64,000 bases of DNA from Octopus bimaculoides (Eukaryota): contig NC_068989.1 of the NCBI RefSeq assembly GCF_001194135.2, positions 94,340,650-94,404,649 of the forward strand, written 5' to 3'. The translations under genes were made by a program, and so were the position numbers. The notes under the pieces were generated by a model that was not told the DNA's origin, searched no databases, and saw nothing but the letters and a program-made list of their open reading frames with translations. Within the stretch, counting starts at the first letter, position 1. Each line of letters opens with the position of its first letter. Below are positions 1 to 12,152 of this stretch, one piece after another.

Positions 1-28
1 AAACAACAATGCCAGGTAAGGTTTCCAT

Positions 29-166
29 TCAGAGGAGCAGCGCTTTGCCATCGTGCTTCAAGGCTTGCACGAAGTTGGTTCCGGTGTTAGAGTCGATTTT
101 CTCAAACCTTTGAAGTAAGGAGAAGCAGGACTGGTGCCAGGTTCCAACAGGCTCCCAATTATATTT
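29..166 (-). CDS. candidate terminal coding exon (unidentified protein)
   Basis: Minus-strand acceptor atgatttacAG at 168-167, then an open frame KYNWEPVGTWHQSCFSLLQRFEKIDSNTGTNFVQALKHDGKALLL ending in TGA at 31-29. Locally GC-richer than the flanks. No family recognised. Confidence 0.2.
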   Translation of the reverse strand, partial: KYNWEPVGTWHQSCFSLLQRFEKIDSNTGTNFVQALKHDGKALLL

Positions 167-2517
167 CTGTAAATCATATTATACTTACAAAGCTTTAGTC
201 GACAAGAGATTACACGGAAGATAATTACCCAACGTGCTGTCTGATCACACCATAATTCACGTAATCGAGAAGCGAACTACTTAGCCGTGCTCACTCTCAT
301 CAGGCACATGGTGCATTTCCCGTTCAAAATGTTTTGTAACATTTCATATTATCATACGTTACTAGCATGGTGCAATTAAATTACATCTCACATTCACCTG
401 TTTCATGAGCATATTAATACCTTTATTCTAGTCGTTAACGATTACTTGTATTGTATTGAACGTAACTCCGACATTGCAAATCGTTTTGCAAAGGTCTACT
501 ATAATAACTTTCTGTTGCTCTCAGCAAGCATCAAAATACAATATGCATGTACAGATATATTATCCATGAAAAGACGAACCTCGCTTCTAGAATGTTTGCA
601 ATGTTTACCTACTCTGATGGTGCTTTATCCATTCTTGATAATAATATTGATCAAAACATTTTCCCACGAATAAAACAATATGCAGTTTGAAATTTTGAAT
701 TTATATGGAAGTACAAGTGCATTATCACATTGTCCAAGGCGCATCAACGATTATATGTTTTCTAAATTGTTCAGTAATTACACGCCAAAATCGTCTCGTC
801 AACTTTATGTTTATATACATTATATCAAGGAGCACATTTTCCTTTTTTTTAAATTCTAGTACAATATAATTAGAAGAACAATATCGTGTGTACTTTTGTT
901 TTCAGATCATACAATGTAATTTGAAGAGTTAGTTAACGCTTGCTTGAAGTCCAGCTACAAGTCAGATGTACCATCATTGCCTGGGAGTACTTTGTCAAGC
1001 TTAAATGTGTTTACATTGTTCTATTTCAGCCTGTGATTTCGAAGACAAAGAAGTGAATTAAAGAATATATTGCATAATTGGCCTCTATAGTACAAAAACG
1101 ACATTCATGTCATTTCACATATTGACAAGCATCTAATCACATCATATATTTTCGAGACGTACCAGAGCATGTATGCATGTCAACTGAAGCATGTATCACA
1201 CGTTATTAAAACATCAGATGTCTTATATTAGTACAATTACTTTCTAGAAACTGTATATATATTGTGTAAAACCGCTCTCTGCTGGTGTTTTCCAATGAAA
1301 CATTTACATAAGAATTTCATAGAGAATAGGTTACAGAACTACATACAGTACATGCTTCATACGCACCAGCATACACATATATGAGTGAAATCACTGATTG
1401 CATGGATACAGTAAAATAATCTTATACAAGATTGTACCTCTCTCGAATTAGTTACACACTGCATGTCTGAATCAACACAATTTGCTCTATGTTAAAACGT
1501 CGTTGTTTTTGGGCAGTATAATTGGATATTATTGTTTACAGTGGAATAATTGATTAGATTTCCAGTAGATGTGTTTATTTCGAAGAATTTCTCATAAATC
1601 TTACATTAAAGCTGCCCAGCCTGTTTACGTATCATCACGGAATGGTAACGAAAACATCTCTGTAATTTATAATCGAATAAACAAACAGTCAAATAGTATC
1701 CAACTTCAGAAATCGACTAAAGTAAACACGTCTTTGGTTATGTTTTATATTTCTCGACTTTCAGTTGTGTATGGCCATAAACAGTGATAAATCAATAAAT
1801 ATGAAATACCATTAATCTTTCAAAACCCTTCCCATAATTCGCAGGAAAATACACACACACACACACAAAAAAAATCACACACACGCACACACAAGCACGC
1901 AATAGTGTTCCTTCGCGGAGAACTAATTTTTACTCAATACTTTCAAGATTTTGTTGTCAGTAAAAACATAAATATATGAGATATAATACACATCTCTTTC
2001 CTGATTCCTTTTATCTTACCAACCAATCTTGACACTCTTGCATTAGGACAAACTATCCAATCTTCATCAGATATTTTATATTTGATTCTTATTTATATTC
2101 TGCACAGCTCTATTTAATTTGGTGACATTTATACCAAAAATCTATTGTTGCATTCGAGGAAATCAGTCCCTGATCTCACTCCTCTCTGATGTTCCTCGAA
2201 ACTGTCACCTTTCTTCCTACCTTAATTTCTACCTTCCATGAATCAGGCAAGGAAACAAATTCTATACTTCTTGTTTTCTTCCCGTAATACAAATCCCATA
2301 CATTTTGTTCGGGACTCAAAACTTAGCTTCAGAATGTGAATCGGGTGCATGATTCAAATATAGTTTACCATGGCTAAACTAGGAAATAAAATTAACATTG
2401 CGAAAGGTTAAATACAATAGAGATTTAAAGAAAACAAGAAATAGTTTATATTATTTATTAAGTGGTGTCATTTTACTTCTCTCCCTGTATTATCCAGCCA
2501 CCTTTTTGCAATATTAC

Positions 2518-2620
2518 CTGTTCATGTTGTTTGTAAAATATTGATTTTCGTTGCGACAAAAAAGTTTGTTTTGACAGAGGCATTGATTCTGGCATAGATT
2601 CCAGACGTTCCGTACCAACA
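2518..2620 (-). CDS. candidate internal exon (unidentified protein)
   Basis: Acceptor tttacctctattAG and donor CAG|gtaata. 103 nt, phase 2 to 0, open: VGTERLESMPESMPLSKQTFLSQRKSIFYKQHEQ. Confidence 0.2.
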
Positions 2621-2989
2621 CTAATAGAGGTAAATACATTTTACAGTGGCAAATTGTTAACAGGAGCAATATTTGATGGAGCAGTCAATACTATGTTAAT
2701 GTATTCAGTGGATTTGTCTTCTTCCTTCCTCGTATTTAATACACTTATATGTTGACTAATAATAATACAAATAATTTCAAATGGAAATTTAAAGCATCTG
2801 ATTTAAAGAAAATCTAAAATCTCAGAATCATTTGCCTATAGAAGTCTTGCGTAAAAACGTCAACAAGAATGCTCCCGATTTAGGTATCATGAACCAGTTG
2901 TATATCAAATACATGAAATGTAGTTAAGTACAGAAGACACGATGGCGGCTACTCAAAAAGTGGCGACATGCCAAGAAGATTGTTACGAT

Positions 2990-4270
2990 TGTGTTCGTCA
3001 CAGATGAGATACTGAAAGATTTTAGGTCAATATCATTCTTCCAAGTGTTCCATTTTGTCTGATATGGCACGCATATGTTTCGAATACAGAGAAAAAGAAG
3101 CAAATAAAAGAGAGTATGCTTACCTCCTGATTTATCTCTGGCTACCACTGTGGTTCGCTTCTACTTGGTTTAATCAATAGCTTTCCAGATATAAGGTGAC
3201 ACGTTTGTGATGCCTAATGTTGTGTCCAGTTATAAACTGATCGTTTTCTCGTTCCTTCTTAATTTCACATATTTCTGATGTGCTTCGAAATTACAACCAA
3301 TAATTACAAATACCGTATTAGGTTGCGGAATTGATTGATTATCGCTGACGACTGCTCGATCTCTGATTTTCAATTTGTGTTCCACTGAACTTCCTTGCTC
3401 GGCACTGATTTTCATGGTGTCCACGTCATTTGCACACTGAACACTTGCGCGTCTTCTATGGACACCACCGAACGTAATTTCATTCACTACGACGCCAGCA
3501 GACTGATGCTGGGTTTCATTTCTCAGTGCCTACTAGATATGGAGACATCCGGGAAGTTATTCTCGTGATATTAAAGCTTTACGTGGATGGTAAGTGCTCC
3601 AATGTGTGTTGTGCTTAAGACGTGGCAGGTATTGGCACTCATGTGTAATTGCTTGCATGGTCATTTCTGGAGATTGTCCAGTTTTGTTCAATAATCGAAT
3701 ACGCTCGTCAGTGTTGGTATGTGACTGTAAGCTGCAAATAAAAATTAAGCATTTAAAATGGTCTTCTTTCATGATCGGTAACGTGAACTGTTTCCATTCG
3801 AAATCGACTGAGTAATATAATCATATTTCAGCCTAACCAGTTTCACATACTGATATCGAATACTGAACAACGATAAACGCTCGTCAAAGATCTCTGGCTG
3901 TTATTGGGCGGTTTGGTCCAAAGTTAAATTTCTTGCATTTTTGGGTAGAATGAAATATCATATGCAATCTCAGGTACCAAGTTTCCTCAAGAGGAACTGG
4001 GTTCGTCATGCATTTCTTGGGGCTTCAGTTCGATTTGAAAAGACATCGAATCCATTGAATCATAAAGGGGAAATCAACAGGGTCATAACAGAACCCCGTG
4101 ATGCAATTATAATCGTGTCAATGAAAACTGAATCAGTGACTTAAAGAATAACACACCATTCACTTGGTCGAGTTCTCGACTAGTAGCACTTGAGCCGCTT
4201 CAATATGAGATAGTTGCTGCTTCAAAACTGTTCCCAATTATTCAGCAGTCATCGCTAGGTTGACTGGATT
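2990..4270 (-). mobile_element. Gypsy-type LTR retrotransposon remnant (gag and aspartic protease, decayed)
   Basis: Manual translation through stops gives ITGFCYDPV...FLLRKLGT...YFILPKNAR...IFDERLSLFSIRYQYVKL...EDHFKCLIFICSLQS...RIRLLNK...ITHECQ, matching Gypsy (K02A2.6-like) gag motifs. Further on, KYVKLRRNEKTISL*LDTTLGIT...ARDKSG resembles the retropepsin LDTxS motif region. Confidence 0.75.
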
Positions 4271-5493
4271 TCCGGTCAGGAATTTCTTAATATATTTTTG
4301 TATGTTCCTTACACGCAAATCCACATTTTTTTATAAAATGAATTGCAAAGTAACTATAAATTTACAGTTACATTGCAGATGATTAGCATCATATACTTAG
4401 TAACTTCGACTAATCTCATCTTTGATGCTAAATTTGTTGTTTATTGGTGAAAGGAGGGCTCTCTTACTAATGAGAAACTAATCAAGAAACAGCATACAAA
4501 ACTGTATAAGCAATACAAGGAAGTTACAAAAGTTAGTAGAAAAGTTCTCGCAGAAAAAACATATTCTTGTTTTTTTTTTTATTGTTTGGGTTAGTACGTC
4601 TATTTATTTATTTATTTATTTATTGTTTAACTTTTCACTTCTAGTGCAGTAGGAGTATAGAATGCTCAATCCGAAACATCGATGGTTCAAATTCATGCGA
4701 CAAGGCCACAATCAGTAAATCCCATTATTTTGTTTTACTAATAACATAACAAATTTCGCTTCTTGTCTCCGTTCAAATTTACTTTCGTTATAAACGTTAA
4801 GCCATACAAATAACGTATAACGTTATTTGTATGTTCATGTATCTTTAATTCAATGGTGTAATGTAATGACTAAGATATTTTAAAGAAAGAAGTACAATTA
4901 ACAAAAAATAGTGACACAAATAAGATGCAATGTGGTAACAAAAATAAAAGGAAACAAGAAAAACAACGATCGTCTGTCCAAATTGATGACGATTATAAAA
5001 TCTCAATCTTTTTTTTTTTCAGGAAATTCTGCTTGCATTATAAAATGTTACAGTACATTCCATTTCTATATAACCACATTGTATTGTACAAGTTAAATGG
5101 AACAATATTGTACCTGAGTTAAAGTACTCCAATGCAACTAAAACTAAAAACACAAAAGATAACAATATCGAATGGGATTTTATGTGTACAATAACAATAG
5201 ATTCTAATTGTAAATGAAATTGAATTGATCATTGTAAAAGAAAAAATAACTTAATTATACTGCCATGGTTTTGCGTGAATAAAATTATAGTGACAACCGT
5301 TGAAATAACATAATATTTATCATAGGTCTTTGTAATTTACTATTTGTAACTTTACAAATGACTAAGGCTGATATGATATTTTTTATTCAGATCAACGTAG
5401 GATATTGTACAATTCGTTTTCTTTTTGTTCTCAATTATACGTTCTCTGGTGGAATATAAAAGATGTGTGCGTGTGTATGGATTTATTTTCCCC

Positions 5494-5524
<31 letters not shown>

Positions 5525-5628
5525 ATCGTACTTCTACTCTTTTCCTTCTGTGAGTGTCTTAATGATGCATTGCTTGTACCACGCCAAAACGTTTGTTTGC
5601 TTTTTTCTTATTCTGTTTTTTAATTGAC

Positions 5629-5672
<44 letters not shown>

Positions 5673-5760
5673 CACAAATGGATATATATATATATATGTA
5701 CAGTGGGAGAGAGGGCGAGAGGGAGAGAGAGAGGGAGAGAGAGAGGGAGAGAGAGGAAGA

Positions 5761-6334
5761 NNNNNNNNNNNNNNNNNNNNNNNNNNNNNNNNNNNNNNNN
5801 NNNNNNNNNNNNNNNNNNNNNNNNNNNNNNNNNNNNNNNNNNNNNNNNNNNNNNNNNNNNNNNNNNNNNNNNNNNNNNNNNNNNNNNNNNNNNNNNNNNN
5901 NNNNNNNNNNNNNNNNNNNNNNNNNNNNNNNNNNNNNNNNNNNNNNNNNNNNNNNNNNNNNNNNNNNNNNNNNNNNNNNNNNNNNNNNNNNNNNNNNNNN
6001 NNNNNNNNNNNNNNNNNNNNNNNNNNNNNNNNNNNNNNNNNNNNNNNNNNNNNNNNNNNNNNNNNNNNNNNNNNNNNNNNNNNNNNNNNNNNNNNNNNNN
6101 NNNNNNNNNNNNNNNNNNNNNNNNNNNNNNNNNNNNNNNNNNNNNNNNNNNNNNNNNNNNNNNNNNNNNNNNNNNNNNNNNNNNNNNNNNNNNNNNNNNN
6201 NNNNNNNNNNNNNNNNNNNNNNNNNNNNNNNNNNNNNNNNNNNNNNNNNNNNNNNNNNNNNNNNNNNNNNNNNNNNNNNNNNNNNNNNNNNNNNNNNNNN
6301 NNNNNNNNNNNNNNNNNNNNNNNNNNNNNNNNNN
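5761..6334. other. assembly gap flanked by (GA)n microsatellite
   Basis: Run of N. Other gaps: 8221-8275, 12153-12431, 16204-16404, 19269-19452, 20501-20754, 36015-36242, 37077-37625, 54937-55267, 55768-56064, 59753-60357. Confidence 0.99.
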
Positions 6335-8973
6335 AGAGAGAGAGAGAGAGAGAGATACACAAATGGATATATATATATATATGTATATGTATATAAATAT
6401 ACACCCATTTCCATCTAATAATGAATCATTAGCTCATTAGAATTATGTTTAATTACTCTGTACTGCTGCGTTGTTGGCTAGGAGAATAATAGACAAAGTA
6501 GAGCTGAATAATAAATAGGTGGGCTACAGATCTACAAAAAAGATTCAAATTCGGGCATGCCACATTGATAACATAACAAATTATATATTGAATGAAACGG
6601 AAATTGTTTCTATGAACGCCATCACGAACACTTATCCAAATCTCACTGCACAAGTGGTTTTTGACTATTTTCTTTTTCCATCATTTAAAAGGAAATGGAT
6701 TGAAAGGAAAATTAGAATGTGTTTCCTAATTTTGGAATATATTTTGTTTCTTTATTTTGATGGAAGCCTAGGTTTATGTTAAGAACTGGTTTCTGATGCG
6801 TGTTAACGAAGAGAAAACCAATGGCTAGCATGCAAAGTCCAATGAGTTTCTATGGGCAGTGTTATCGACTGAAAACTATGTAGCGTGCGTGTAATAAAGA
6901 AAGAACAAATAGGACTTTATGAATAGACTACTGGAGCAGAATTTACGCCAGTTATATGCTGAATTACACAATCTTTCTTCTTGCAAGGTTAATAACCATT
7001 TTTGAATTAAATACTCTATTATAATAACTTTGGAGGAGAGAAACATAGATAAAGAGAAGACAAAGAATCTAACTAATATCAATAAGTAAAAGCAGGAAAC
7101 AAAATATAAAGATATGTACGAAAACAGAGTTAAAGAAGCAAAACCCGAGCTCGAAGTGAAGATTGTAATGAAAATAATTATTTGCAGAAAAAGAAGATAA
7201 AAAAAAGTTTAATGTTGCTTGATAGAGAATAGATGAAAGGGTAAAACGAGATATATAATGAAGGTTAGTGTTAGTGGAAGATCAGGCTAAAACTCCGTTG
7301 AATTTACTGGAGTGTAAAAAAACCAATAAATAGACGTACAAGAATACATATACATAAACATTTAACGACCCACACAAACGCATAAGCACATTCGTATTCT
7401 GCAGACGGGAACACACATATATCCATATCCACACATACGCATAGTAACCAATGAAATGCAAATTTGGTTAGCGTGTCTATCAGCGTTTCAACTTAAGATA
7501 TTTTCCAAAATAAAAGCTAGTAAGACCATATTCCGATTATTGCTTCGCAAAAAACAAAATAGGAAAAAGAATGACGTTAAAGTCGAAAATACAGATGGCT
7601 TCCAAATGAATAATTGATTTATAATAGATTATATATTAATGATATATAATTTTAAGAATAACGACAACACATTGGAGGATTTTATCTTCGATTAATTATA
7701 CAATGATATATGATAGCTTTTGTATAGTGGTTTAGAATTTGTAATGATTTAATTTGAGTCAAACCCTCGTATTAAGAGTTAAATGTATTATTATACGGTA
7801 ATATGCATCGAGGGAGCTTACTTTTGTAAAGTATATATATCATATTGTAAAGTATATATAATATATATGATATTCATCAAAGAATGAATATTTTGCATGC
7901 TATGCCCATGCATGCTTAGGGCTAACAACCGCTCTATATAGAGGCTTACCACCGATATCTTTCACAAATTAATGTAGTTACACATCATACTTTTGAGTGC
8001 TCAATATTTTGTTAAAAACCTAAATGCATGCACACGTTCATATATACATGAGTGTGTGTGTATTTGCACATGTATGTGTGAGTTTGTCACTGTTAAAAGG
8101 AGAGTAGTTTGCTCCACTAAGTATTACGAAATTCTTCCAAACTCGGTGTCTTCAAATTTCCAGATACTAATTCGAAAACATGGTATAAAGTAAATATATA
8201 TATATATATATATATATATANNNNNNNNNNNNNNNNNNNNNNNNNNNNNNNNNNNNNNNNNNNNNNNNNNNNNNNTATATATATGCGTAAATGTCGAACG
8301 ATGAAAATGAGTGCTCAACCCTGCAACACTGCATTGGTGGGTATAATTTCTTTATTTGTGAACTAAGGCTACTATTGGTTTCATGTTAAGAAAAGTAGGA
8401 AAAAAGACAAACATCTTAGTTCTATTGATTTTTATAATCATCTAACTATTCCTAGGTGATTGTATATATTATAAAAGAACATTAAACGCACGTATAGTAA
8501 TTGCATATAACGTTCAAATGCCCAAATGATGAAATCGAGATATTAAAGAGAATTAGAGCTATAAAAAATGTAATTCCCTTTAGCATGTAACGGTAGTATA
8601 CCCCATGAGCGACAGCGTTGACTGAACCGAGATTTAAACCAAGATATTTATTCGGTATAGGAGTATTGAACCCGTGTATGGCAGCTTTAATTTAGCACGG
8701 ATTTTGACACATCTGGCTTGTCTTGTGTGGCCTTAGTGAAGTTCACACTGTTGCATGTATACAGGCTCAGTATCCAGTTTGTAGATAACTCTTTATGTTC
8801 TTCCCGACTTGGTTTCCTTGACGAACTTAATGGATCATACACGTAGCCTTTGTGTTGCTGAATACTATCTTCATGCTGAACATCAAGCTATTGCGCATGT
8901 TTACTTTACAGACATCCAAACCACATGTGAAATAGAACGGCGCCCAACTAAATGAATATTATTAGAGACACAC

Positions 8974-9088
8974 GCGGTCGTCTTTGTCTTTCATCCTTTA
9001 GGGGTTCATGAAATAAATACCAGTTACACACTGGAGTCCATGTAACCCCTCCCCCCGAATTCCAGTCCTTGTGCTTGTAATACAAAGG
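8974..9088 (+). mobile_element. 5'-truncated SINE (Meta-like central domain) with 16-bp target-site duplication
   Basis: ctttcatcctttaggggttcatgaaataaataccagttacacactgg matches the SINE core seen at 10221 and 50224. Identical attattagagacacac at 8958-8973 and 9089-9104. Confidence 0.8.
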
Positions 9089-9904
9089 ATTATTAGAGAC
9101 ACACACAGTGAAACTGAGGACTCGATTGCTTAATGAGAAACATTATCATGGAAACAGGCGTTTACAAGAAGCGTTTACAAGACAGTGAGATTACAAACGA
9201 CTGAAGATATCTGATTTCAAATGCACTTGAAATACTATCTATAACCAACAATATTCTTCAAATAACCGAACTTGTCTTACAATGATATTAAACAATAACA
9301 ACTCCTGATGTATCATATGTGTCAAATTTAGTTCGTTATAAAATTTGAATAATTAATCAGTGTTGTATAATGCTTAATAATTATTCTTTAATTCCTTCTA
9401 TTATTTCTGTACCCTATAATGTATTTATTTACTTATTCTGTTTGTCTATCTGCCTGTCTCTCTCACCTCTCTCTCACTTCTCCCTCTCTCTTTCGCTGTC
9501 TCTCTCTATCACTCAATCTATCTATCTATCTCTCCCCACGAGGATGTCTAATGGTATCAAGACATATCCGTCCTGAACATTTGCTTGGGACGAAATGAAG
9601 TATTTGTTGCAAGCATTAAACCCGCAAACCAATGATCTTACTAATTTCACTGATTTTACTGAAATCGCAAGAATTACGTGTATAATCCCAAGGATGCACA
9701 CATGTTAACATGTTGTTTTAGATATACTCTTACGAAGGCAATAATAGCCACGATATTATCATTAAATAACAAGAGATTAAAAAGAAATATGCATAAATTA
9801 CGTAAATAATTGAGCTTCTACTACTTATACTTACAAAACGATTTAAACCTCTTTACTATTTCCACATTTGTCTGATATGTAATACACCAAACAATGCTAC
9901 GATT

Positions 9905-10011
9905 TTACTTGTTTGTTGTCAACAAAGTTTCGGTTGATATACCATCCAGCCTTCTTCAGGTGTCTTGCGAAAATTTCGAACCTGGGTTCTCATTCCTAAG
10001 GTATTTTTTGA

Positions 10012-10088
<77 letters not shown>

Positions 10089-10100
10089 TTACTATTATTG
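9905..10100 (-). mobile_element. 3' part of tRNA-headed SINE with (AAT)n tract and hammerhead-like tail
   Basis: Reverse complement is almost identical to 11575-11680. Hammerhead-like core GACAC-CTGAAGA-AGGCTG...CAACC-GAAAC at 9964-9921. Confidence 0.85.
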
Positions 10101-10220
10101 TCACATTTGTAAGGCACAACATTTATAACTGTTACTCGCCAGCAAATGGAACATGTATTTAATTAATATGAATAAGTCATAACAGGATGTTGTAAAAGAT
10201 TCTCATATTTAGTTATATTA

Positions 10221-10435
10221 AGGCGGTGGGGCTGGCAGAATCAGTAACACGCTGGCCAAACTGCTTAGCAATATTTCGTCCATTTTCACGTTCTAAGTTC
10301 AATTTACGCCGAGGTCAACTATATCTTTCATCCTTTAGGGGTCGATAAAATAAGTACCAGTCGAGTACTGGGGTTGATGAAATCGACTTATCACCAGACT
10401 CGAAATTGCTGGCCTTGTACTAAAATTTGAAGCCA
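10221..10435 (+). mobile_element. near full-length tRNA-derived SINE (Meta-like central domain)
   Basis: Head ggcggtggggctggcagaatc, B-box-like gttctaagttcaattt, core tttcatcctttaggggtcgataaaataagtaccag. Flanking 14/16 direct repeat atatttagttatatta (10205-10220) / atatttggttacatta (10436-10451). Confidence 0.85.
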
Positions 10436-11131
10436 ATATTTGGTTACATTACATTATTTTCTAATTTTAAACGATTCAATGATTAACTTTACATTTCATT
10501 CTCCGTGGTTCAAGTTTCGGAATTGTACTTCTCTTTCTTGCAAGTCACTTAATCTGACACATTGCTTTTTATTAATGTTACAATTATACGGCGGAAGACA
10601 ACTTATTCTAGCCTTGTAAGGACGCACGAAAACTGTTGTATTGTTCTATTATCCATAAAGTATGAAACATGCAATACTATAATGAAATAAACGTAAGTGA
10701 ATATAAAAGATTTTGCGTGTCTTCCGATAAATAATAACAAGGCTGTCCACCGATATAAAATTACTCCTCAGTTATTATAAACGCATGTACACGCCATGCT
10801 CTCTACTAGATTCAATTAAGAAGGCTCCAGCTTAAACACTGTGAAATGATTCTGCTGAAGTTCTTTACATATAACTTTGTACAGTATAAGCGAATTATGC
10901 ATCTTCGTTGAGCTATTAAACTAACGTGTAAATAGGTCCCATAGTTGCGAATATTTATCCATACAATTTTACACACCCTCACAAAAAAGCAAAAAAAAAA
11001 AAAAAAGAAATAAACAGGCTTTAGAGACACGAGTGTATTTCCACATACACACACATTGGATTGAGATATCTTCGAACAGTTCAGATATTCACTTCAATAT
11101 CAGTTCAGTTTCGATTTCACGGCAAGTATTT

Positions 11132-11367
11132 CTAGTATGTCCTAAACGGGAAATGTCTGGAAGAAAACTGTATGTATTTTACATTTCTATATTTAAGAGA
11201 TGAGGAATTATGTACATTATTTGCATTATTTACATTTGACAGATATTTGTCCTCATCTTGTTTGTTGTTAACACAATGTTTCGGCTGATATACCCTCCAG
11301 CCTTCATCAGGTGTCTTGGGGAAATTTCGAACTTGGGTTCTCATTCCTAAGGTATTTTTCGATGTTA

Positions 11368-11408
<41 letters not shown>

Positions 11409-11442
11409 GTTCGGGTCACTGCTTGGAATCGAACTCGGAATC
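11132..11442 (-). mobile_element. tRNA-headed SINE copy truncated in the head (A-box missing), inverted relative to its neighbour
   Basis: Reverse complement gattccgagttcgattccaagcagtgacccgaac-(AAT)n-...gacacctgatgaaggctggagggtatatcagccgaaacattgtgtt; pairs with 11483-11703. Confidence 0.85.
11270..11315 (-). ncRNA. minimal type I hammerhead-like motif (PLE-type, probably degenerate)
   Basis: Stem I GACAC/GTGTT, core CTGATGA, one extra A, stem II GGCTG/CAGCC, GAAA. Stem III region is ACAT; ACGT would be the palindrome needed for dimeric cleavage. Confidence 0.5.
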
Positions 11443-11523
11443 ATATGGCGTAGCGGTTAAGAGCGCGGGCTACTAACCCCAAGATTCCGAGTTCGATTCC
11501 AAGCAGTGACCTGAACAATAATA

Positions 11524-11574
<51 letters not shown>

Positions 11575-11730
11575 TCAAAAAATACCTTAGGAATGAGAAC
11601 CCAGGTTCGAAATTTTCGCAAGACACCTGAAGAGGGCTGGATGGTATATCAACCGAAACTTTGTTAACAACAAACAAGATAAGGACAAATATCCGTCGAA
11701 TGTGTATAAAGTAAATAATATAGATAATGT
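11443..11730 (+). mobile_element. full-length tRNA-headed SINE with (AAT)n tract and hammerhead-like tail
   Basis: A-box TGGCGTAGCGG, B-box GAGTTCGATTCC, (AAT)n at about 11517-11572, tail GACAC-CTGAAGA-GGGCTG...CAACC-GAAAC at 11622-11665. Confidence 0.85.
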
Positions 11731-12118
11731 GTATGTATTTTACTTCTAATTCACAAAGCAAGCATTTATGTGTCTATGAAACACTCTATTCAGTCGTCTA
11801 CATCAAAATGAAGCGTAAAGGTTTCACTTGTACAAATAACTTTGTTACAAATAGTCGAAAGTGATTGGAGCAATACTCAGCAAGACGCATGCCATATACA
11901 ATGTAAGAATCCAAGTAATTCCTCAGCAGAAGTTGTTATACAACATCAACACCCGCATACAACTACAATTTGTTCAAGACGCGAACCAAGATGATAATAG
12001 TAAATTGCACGTCTCCATGTCACAGATCAATTATTTACTAGTTACGTTCCATGCTTACAAAGCATATCATGACATACTGTGCGCACACACACACACACAC
12101 ACACATACACACACACAC

Positions 12119-12152
<34 letters not shown>

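Noticed and set aside
60-120. IDSNTGTNFVQA resembling the BEL/Pao integrase SDNGTNF motif
   Set aside because: The catalytic Asp is misplaced and no flanking integrase motifs are present.
2064-2070. Minus-strand CTGATGA
   Set aside because: No downstream GAAA at a usable distance.
5671-6384. Repeat of tacacaaatggatatatatatatatatgta on both sides of the gap (5671-5700 and 6356-6384)
   Set aside because: Most likely overlapping contig ends, an assembly artefact. It cannot be distinguished from a tandem repeat without long reads.
5559-6440. Long ORFs in the track containing X runs (also at 12.0, 16.1, 19.1, 20.4, 35.9, 36.9, 54.8, 55.6 and 59.7 kb)
   Set aside because: They are artefacts of translating N gaps and flanking (GA)n/(TA)n repeats.
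9114-9141. CTGAGGA-CTC...GAG-AAAC hammerhead-like words
   Set aside because: G12 and stem II cannot both be satisfied, and there is no adjacent stem I or III.
11446-11510. Possible tRNA gene (anticodon loop CT-ACT-AA)
   Set aside because: T-stem (CCGAG/CCAAG) and anticodon stem do not pair fully, there is no acceptor stem, and it runs straight into a repeat body. It is a SINE head.
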